Shown here piece after piece: positions 8,680 to 13,687 of a DNA stretch of 13,687 nucleotides (positions within the stretch are counted from its first letter, which is position 1; every line of letters begins with the position of its first letter). The notes under the pieces are model-generated. The model had not been told where the DNA came from. It saw nothing but the letters and a program-made list of their open reading frames with translations, and did not search any database. A program made the position numbers and the translations under genes. The DNA is from Candidatus Heimdallarchaeota archaeon (GTDB taxonomy: Archaea > Asgardarchaeota > Heimdallarchaeia > Hodarchaeales > Hodarchaeaceae): NCBI GenBank assembly GCA_019057635.1, contig DXJL01000138.1, positions 1-13,687 of the forward strand, in the 5' to 3' direction.

Positions 8680-8809
8680 TTCAATATATGCCGTAACTCT
8701 TAAGAATAAGGGAGAAAGACTTGCTTTTATTGTTTTTACGTGTAAATAACCCATAAATCTCTTATTCTCAATATACAATCTGGAAATAACAGACAAGAGG
8801 TAAGAATCG

Positions 8810-11029
8810 ATGAGCGATTATAGAGCAGAAGAGGTGCTAGAAGCCTCAGCAGTTAATGTTACTAAAAAACGGGAGATGTCATTACGGGTAGTACTGGCTA
8901 TGACCGTTCTAGGTGGATTTTTTTCATTTGCAGCTACATACGCAGATATGACAACAGGAATTTTCAGTGGCTGGGCCTTTATGTTTGTCGCTGGCTTAAT
9001 AATCTCTAGATATTTTGCATGGACTGGAGAAAAAGCCACAAAGCAAGAATTGGGATTAGTCTTAGCAGCAACACCTGCTTTATCATCATCAACGGTCGTT
9101 TTTTGGATTCAATTTGCAACTCATGAAAAAATAATCGATGCTGGAATAACACTACCTTGGTGGATGTTACCAGATATTAATTCAAGTATTATCGCCGATA
9201 GAATACCTATTGCAGTTGATTGGCTTTTTCCTATTATCTTCTTTTTCCTCCTTTACCAAATCGGTATTTTAAGCGGATTAGGTTTTGGTTTCATCCTCAG
9301 AAAGTATTATATGGAATTAGAGATTATGCCATGGCCTATTCATTCGCTTAAAGCTGAAACCGTACAAAATCTTGCCTCTGGACAAATGGATTATCGGTTT
9401 AAATATTTCGTGAGAGGTCTAATTGGTGCAACCATAGTAATGGCATTCCTGTACATTCCAAATACTCTAGACGTTAATCTGCCTGACTTGATGTATAGCA
9501 TTACTAATATCGAACCTATCAGATCCATTCTAGACTGGCTTCCTTTATTGAATCCTGCTTTACCTGTGGATGATCCAGGAACTCGGGGGAAGATAATTGA
9601 AACAAGTATTTTCTTCACAGAAGAGTTATGGAATATTCATCCAATATTGAAAGGAGCATTTTTTGCTATTAGCTTCAATGCTTTCTTCTTAATTTTAGGC
9701 TTCTTGGTTCCCAAGGAAGTTTCTTTTGGGGCCCTTCTAGGAGCCCTCACATTTTCCTTAGTGGTTATGCCAATGCTAGCTTTTCTGTGGACTATAGGAT
9801 TCAATCCTTACGGACAGTATGCAGATCTTTCTTGGTTCGCTGAGGGAATAAATTTTGAAGGATTATGGTCATTTCTTACGTATACTAGTGAAGGGGGTTC
9901 TAAAGGAGCCATAATGGCACTTTGGGGTGAATCTCAAAGTATTTGGGGAATATCGTTCTCCGCAGCAATAATCTTTGTAGGATCAATGCTTCCCATTCTA
10001 CTTTCAAGCAAATTGTTAGTTGCATCTCTTAAAGATCTAAAGAAAATGCGGACTGTTTCAAAGCAAGGTGAATTGCCTTTAACTGCGAGTTTATTAGTTT
10101 TCTTTGGAGTAGGGGTTATTTATGGTGTGATTTGGATATTCTTATCCGATTATTTCGATCCACTTTGGATTATTGTAGTCCTCTTCTTAGTTACCCTTTT
10201 TCCGCTATTATCCAATCTGATGATAACTAGATCCCTCGGAACCATGGGAATGGGAGTTGCACCCTCACCAGAATTGTTTTCTCTTACAATTTTCTTCTCC
10301 GGGATTCGGATGAACTATCCCGCTTATTCTGTAGGTAATGTAACGTTTTCCGCGCAGCAATCAGGTTGTGGGTATATTGCTCATTGTGTCATGGCAGAAC
10401 AGATCAATTTAACTTATTGGAAAGTCGGAGCAAGTGAATTTATTCGACGTGGCGTACCTATGCTTATTGGTCCCTTTGTAGCCTTGTTTCTCTGGAGTGC
10501 TTATGGGCTTAGGTCAGAGAAGTTACCAACGCAGGCCTGGGATCCTGGAATTGAGACTTCTCTTGCCTTTTTGTCTGGTAGCTTAGAAGTTTTTAAGATT
10601 CTTCCTCTTTTATTGGGCGCTCTTGCAGGTATAATCCTTGTTTTGATTCGGATTCCGTTAGGATTTTCCCCTATTAATCCTATAGGTGTTGGTATTGGAA
10701 CAGCGATGCCTCCTTTCTTGATTGTTACAATGGGCATTGGGGGTTTAATTAGAATATTGTTCATCAAAAGTAAGGGAGTGGAAGGTTTCATGGATATCGG
10801 TATGCCAATTGGAGCTGGAGCATTAACGGGTGTTGGTGTGATAACGGCAGTAGATGTATTTATTAATCTCTATTTTGCGTTTGATTCTGGAGCAATTACT
10901 ATGATTGTACTTGGGATTAGCCTAATTCTAGTTGCTATAATTATATTCTCAATAGTGACCAGAAAGAAGAATCTTGGTTATCTCAGAACTCCCAAGAACA
11001 CAAAATTTGATGATACATTAGAAGAATAG
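8810..11029 (+). CDS. OPT/YSL-superfamily oligopeptide transporter
   Basis: 739 aa, highly hydrophobic with many TM segments. 'MSLRVVLAM', 'ATKQELGLV', 'IMPWPIHSLKAETVQ' (cf. OPT LPFP...AETL), 'GFLVP' and 'GVGIGTAMPP' fit the family. No Walker motifs. AAGAGGT ribosome-binding site upstream. Confidence 0.82.
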   Translation: MSDYRAEEVLEASAVNVTKKREMSLRVVLAMTVLGGFFSFAATYADMTTGIFSGWAFMFVAGLIISRYFAWTGEKATKQELGLVLAATPALSSSTVVFWIQFATHEKIIDAGITLPWWMLPDINSSIIADRIPIAVDWLFPIIFFFLLYQIGILSGLGFGFILRKYYMELEIMPWPIHSLKAETVQNLASGQMDYRFKYFVRGLIGATIVMAFLYIPNTLDVNLPDLMYSITNIEPIRSILDWLPLLNPALPVDDPGTRGKIIETSIFFTEELWNIHPILKGAFFAISFNAFFLILGFLVPKEVSFGALLGALTFSLVVMPMLAFLWTIGFNPYGQYADLSWFAEGINFEGLWSFLTYTSEGGSKGAIMALWGESQSIWGISFSAAIIFVGSMLPILLSSKLLVASLKDLKKMRTVSKQGELPLTASLLVFFGVGVIYGVIWIFLSDYFDPLWIIVVLFLVTLFPLLSNLMITRSLGTMGMGVAPSPELFSLTIFFSGIRMNYPAYSVGNVTFSAQQSGCGYIAHCVMAEQINLTYWKVGASEFIRRGVPMLIGPFVALFLWSAYGLRSEKLPTQAWDPGIETSLAFLSGSLEVFKILPLLLGALAGIILVLIRIPLGFSPINPIGVGIGTAMPPFLIVTMGIGGLIRILFIKSKGVEGFMDIGMPIGAGALTGVGVITAVDVFINLYFAFDSGAITMIVLGISLILVAIIIFSIVTRKKNLGYLRTPKNTKFDDTLEE

Positions 11030-11035
11030 AAATGA

Positions 11036-11090
11036 TTTATTCTTCTCTCCTCTTTTTCTATCCTGGGTTCACATTTTTTGTACTTTTTCT
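11036..11090 (+). terminator. Possible archaeal oligo-T terminator after the OPT gene
   Basis: Pyrimidine-rich tract with T5 (11053-11057), T6 (11074-11079) and T5 (11084-11088) runs, and no GC hairpin. Confidence 0.35.
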
Positions 11091-11162
11091 TAAATATATA
11101 ATTAATACCAATCAAGTTATTGTCTAATTACTCCTAATACTTTCCAGTCAAGAGGTTTGTGA

Positions 11163-12548
11163 TTGCACGAGATTTTAACACTTATTAACCAACTGTGTAA
11201 GGAAAAAGGGGTTAAATATTCTGAAATCAGGTTAACTGATCTTAATAGTATGGAGTTGACGTTTAGTCAAGGGAGAAAAGAGTGGGTACAAACGTCTAAT
11301 CTCATCGAATTACAATTATCTATATGGATAGATGAATATTTCGGTCATAGTCATACTACATCCGTTTGTGAACAATCTCTTAATCGATTAGTTGAGAATG
11401 CAGTTGAGTCTCTACAAGCATTCAGACAAGTGAATGATGTTATTTTACCAGACCGAATTCTTGGTTTCAAAAATAATAAAGGAACAGATCACTTATCCGA
11501 AGGTAATGACTCTGAGGTGCGGGAAAAAGAAAAAATTCAATTTATCAAAAAATTTGATTCAGTAATTAAGGGAGTATCACCAAAAATCCAAACTGCATTT
11601 AGATATCAAGATAGGGAAGGGATCTTGTATCTTGGAAATTCCGATGGCACTTTAATCTTTAATAAGATATCAGAATTTTTCTTGGAATATAGTATGAAAT
11701 ATGAGTTTGCCCTAAAAAAACTCCATCGGTCATTTACCTTAGCTGGAGCCCTAAATCGTTCCAATTTTACACCTAAACTTGCTCAAACAATCGGTAAAGC
11801 AAAAGCACTCAGATTTCTGAATTCAGCAGTCGTAACGTTACCCCCAAAGAAAAGAATGCCCGTAATAATGGACGGAAATCTTACTGGAACCATTCTTCAT
11901 GAATTAATTCATGGTCTCGATGGTGATTTTGCATTATCAGGGAGTCCTTGGAGAAAAAAGCATAAGAAAAGAATTTTTTCCAAATCTCTAACTATTCATG
12001 ATGTACCGAATTATTCAGACTCACGATTGATCAAATTTGCTCATGATGCCGAAGGCTTTCCAAGTAAAAGATCACCTGTAATAGTAAATGGTGTTTTAAA
12101 CAGTTTCATTACAGATTCTAATTCAGCACAAAGATTAAAGGTTACCAACAGTTACAATGCACGTTTATCTTTAAATAATCAATATCTTTTTCCTGCCTCA
12201 ACAAATCTCGTGGTTGAGGCGGGTAAAGTAAGTTTAGAAGATATGTTGACGAAAATTCAGCAAGGAGTTTTATGCCAAGGAGCATTAGAGGTATCAGTTG
12301 ACTGGCAGAATGATATGATTAGGATTTTACCCGAACAATCCATTCTCTTTACTGATGGAAATTTGCATAAAAATCTCCCTTTATCAGTATTGATCACCTC
12401 CCCTATTGAGGATTTTACAACAGGCCTTAAAGATATCGGAAAAAAGTTATTTATTTCAAATATACATTGTACGAAAGGTGGAGGAATAATCTGTGGTGTA
12501 GTGTCTCCAACCATGTCATTCGAGCGATTTCAAGTCCAAGAAAGATAG
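11163..12548 (+). CDS. Divergent TldD-like metalloprotease (variant HExxH motif)
   Basis: 461 aa, TTG start with AAGAGGT upstream. 'YSEIRL', 'GNSDGT', 'GTILHELIHGLDGD', 'HDAEG', 'VIVNGVLNSFI', 'PASTNLVVEAG' and 'HCTKGGG...SPT' align with TldD landmarks. Confidence 0.85.
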   Translation: MHEILTLINQLCKEKGVKYSEIRLTDLNSMELTFSQGRKEWVQTSNLIELQLSIWIDEYFGHSHTTSVCEQSLNRLVENAVESLQAFRQVNDVILPDRILGFKNNKGTDHLSEGNDSEVREKEKIQFIKKFDSVIKGVSPKIQTAFRYQDREGILYLGNSDGTLIFNKISEFFLEYSMKYEFALKKLHRSFTLAGALNRSNFTPKLAQTIGKAKALRFLNSAVVTLPPKKRMPVIMDGNLTGTILHELIHGLDGDFALSGSPWRKKHKKRIFSKSLTIHDVPNYSDSRLIKFAHDAEGFPSKRSPVIVNGVLNSFITDSNSAQRLKVTNSYNARLSLNNQYLFPASTNLVVEAGKVSLEDMLTKIQQGVLCQGALEVSVDWQNDMIRILPEQSILFTDGNLHKNLPLSVLITSPIEDFTTGLKDIGKKLFISNIHCTKGGGIICGVVSPTMSFERFQVQER

Positions 12549-12567
12549 ATGAGAGGAAGAAGTAAGT

Positions 12568-13687
12568 ATGGAATCAACTCAAAATGCATTGTTGACTAAA
12601 ACAGAAGCTGTGTACAAAACTGTAATGGATTCTGGAGCTGTTACTGCAGAGGTATTTGGAGCACAGATGTTTAGTAAACAAGTGTTGTTTTCCTCAAGTA
12701 GAATTGTCGATCTTTCATCATCAGAAGAATTTGGATTTGGTATTCGTTACCATAAGGATAATCGGATGATTTTCCTAACAATCGATGGATTTAATGAAAA
12801 ATTATTTAAGAAAAAACTTAATCCGTCATTTGCATCTCCAACCCAAGCTTTTTCTTCTGTACCATTTGATTTTGCATGTGAAATCCCCTCTATTAGCTCT
12901 GCTTTTAGTAAGCAATATGATGCAAGAATTGCAGAATTATCACTATGCGATTTAAAAGAACATGCTCAATCTCTCAGAGGATTAGTACAAGCTCATAAAT
13001 CACCCATGATCCTAGACTCTGGTGTTATAGCTATTAAAACTCAAATTACATCCTTAATTAATTCTAATGACCTACAAATTAGCTATTCTAATTCTTTTAT
13101 ATTAACACAAGCCCGATTAATTGCAGGACTTAAAAATCAGATCATTTTTGAAAAAAATTATAGGAAAATTCATCGAAATCTTGATAATGGCATATTAACA
13201 GAATTTGATTCTGAACTTGACGGATCAATTAATTTTACCAAGCCAAAGAGAATTAGGGATAATCAAATCCTCCCTATTGTCTTCAATAGTCGTGCAATGT
13301 GTCAGATTGGAGATCTAATACTTCGTCCTCTTTTTTCAAAATTCGCAAATTCGTCCTCTCCAACTACTATGTCACAAATATCTCCCTTGATTGACATACG
13401 AGAAGAATCTAACGACCCCTCACGTGTAGGTTCTCATCCATTTGATCACGAGGGAGTGCAGACAAAGACATTGCAATTATATAGAGAAAGTAAACCAACA
13501 GAATGGCCCAGGGATTTACGATGGGTTGGAATTCATGATCAATCACCTTCAGGAAACACTTTGCGAGGAATCCCAGATATGATGGAGAGTCCAATCCACC
13601 GCAACTCTCCTTCAAAGATTCTAACAAATATAACAATCGAAGCAATTAAGCACTCAGATGATAAATTACAGGAGAGTATAACACGAG
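12568..13687 (+). CDS. Divergent TldE/PmbA-like protein; 3'-truncated by the window edge (not in the ORF track)
   Basis: My translation from ATG 12568 is open for 373 codons to the window end: MESTQNALL...SGAVTAEVFG...FGFGIRYHKD...LINSNDLQISY...VGSHPFDHEGVQTK...SPSGNTLRG...LTNITIE. These match PmbA motifs (AEVF, GxGIR, NSxG, PFDxEG, TGN). No HExxxH in the expected position. Starts 19 bp after the TldD-like gene, with GAGAGG upstream. Confidence 0.85.
   Translation, partial: MESTQNALLTKTEAVYKTVMDSGAVTAEVFGAQMFSKQVLFSSSRIVDLSSSEEFGFGIRYHKDNRMIFLTIDGFNEKLFKKKLNPSFASPTQAFSSVPFDFACEIPSISSAFSKQYDARIAELSLCDLKEHAQSLRGLVQAHKSPMILDSGVIAIKTQITSLINSNDLQISYSNSFILTQARLIAGLKNQIIFEKNYRKIHRNLDNGILTEFDSELDGSINFTKPKRIRDNQILPIVFNSRAMCQIGDLILRPLFSKFANSSSPTTMSQISPLIDIREESNDPSRVGSHPFDHEGVQTKTLQLYRESKPTEWPRDLRWVGIHDQSPSGNTLRGIPDMMESPIHRNSPSKILTNITIEAIKHSDDKLQESITR

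Noticed and set aside
8703-8768. Inverted repeat AGAATAAG (8703-8710) / CTTATTCT (8761-8768) as a leader RNA structure
   Set aside because: An 8-bp AT-rich stem with a long spacer is plausible by chance in this composition, and there is no riboswitch-like architecture.
12549-12599. ATG at 12549 directly after the TldD-like stop as the next gene start
   Set aside because: That frame closes after 16 codons. The long frame starts at ATG 12568.
8818-13645. Minus-strand ORFs 8818..9039, 9391..9618, 10501..10791, 12257..12514 and 13409..13645
   Set aside because: Antisense shadows of the OPT, TldD-like and PmbA-like genes. 13409..13645 only looks free-standing because the track omits the + strand gene starting at 12568.
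1322-13687. Calling the locus a RiPP biosynthetic cluster
   Set aside because: No YcaO, radical SAM, lanthipeptide or other modifying enzyme and no convincing precursor is present in the window, so this is kept only as an alternative hypothesis.

Overview
AT-rich, gene-dense prokaryotic window. T-tract terminators, TATA-like boxes, GAGG/GTGA-type ribosome-binding sites and the protein styles suggest an archaeon, possibly Asgard/Heimdallarchaeia-like; this is an impression, not proven. The left end has a 5'-truncated PlsC-family acyltransferase and a RimJ/RimL GNAT on the + strand. The rest is a divergent two-armed peptide transport and proteolysis locus centred on a 354-bp intergenic region (8456-8809). 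The left arm (- strand) runs FtsX/MacB-like permease with no ATPase, TldD, TldE/PmbA, then two paralogous PA-domain M28 peptidases without signal peptides. The right arm (+ strand) runs OPT-family transporter, divergent TldD-like protein, then a divergent PmbA-like protein that starts at 12568, runs off the window and is missing from the ORF track. Unusual details: matching Met-rich 'MP(P)MMG' C-terminal tails on both subunits of the first TldD/E pair, an HExxH rather than HExxGH zinc motif in the second TldD, and two tandem GGA-N4-TCC palindromes 22 bp apart in the divergent promoter region. I saw no rRNA, tRNA, CRISPR array or mobile element.
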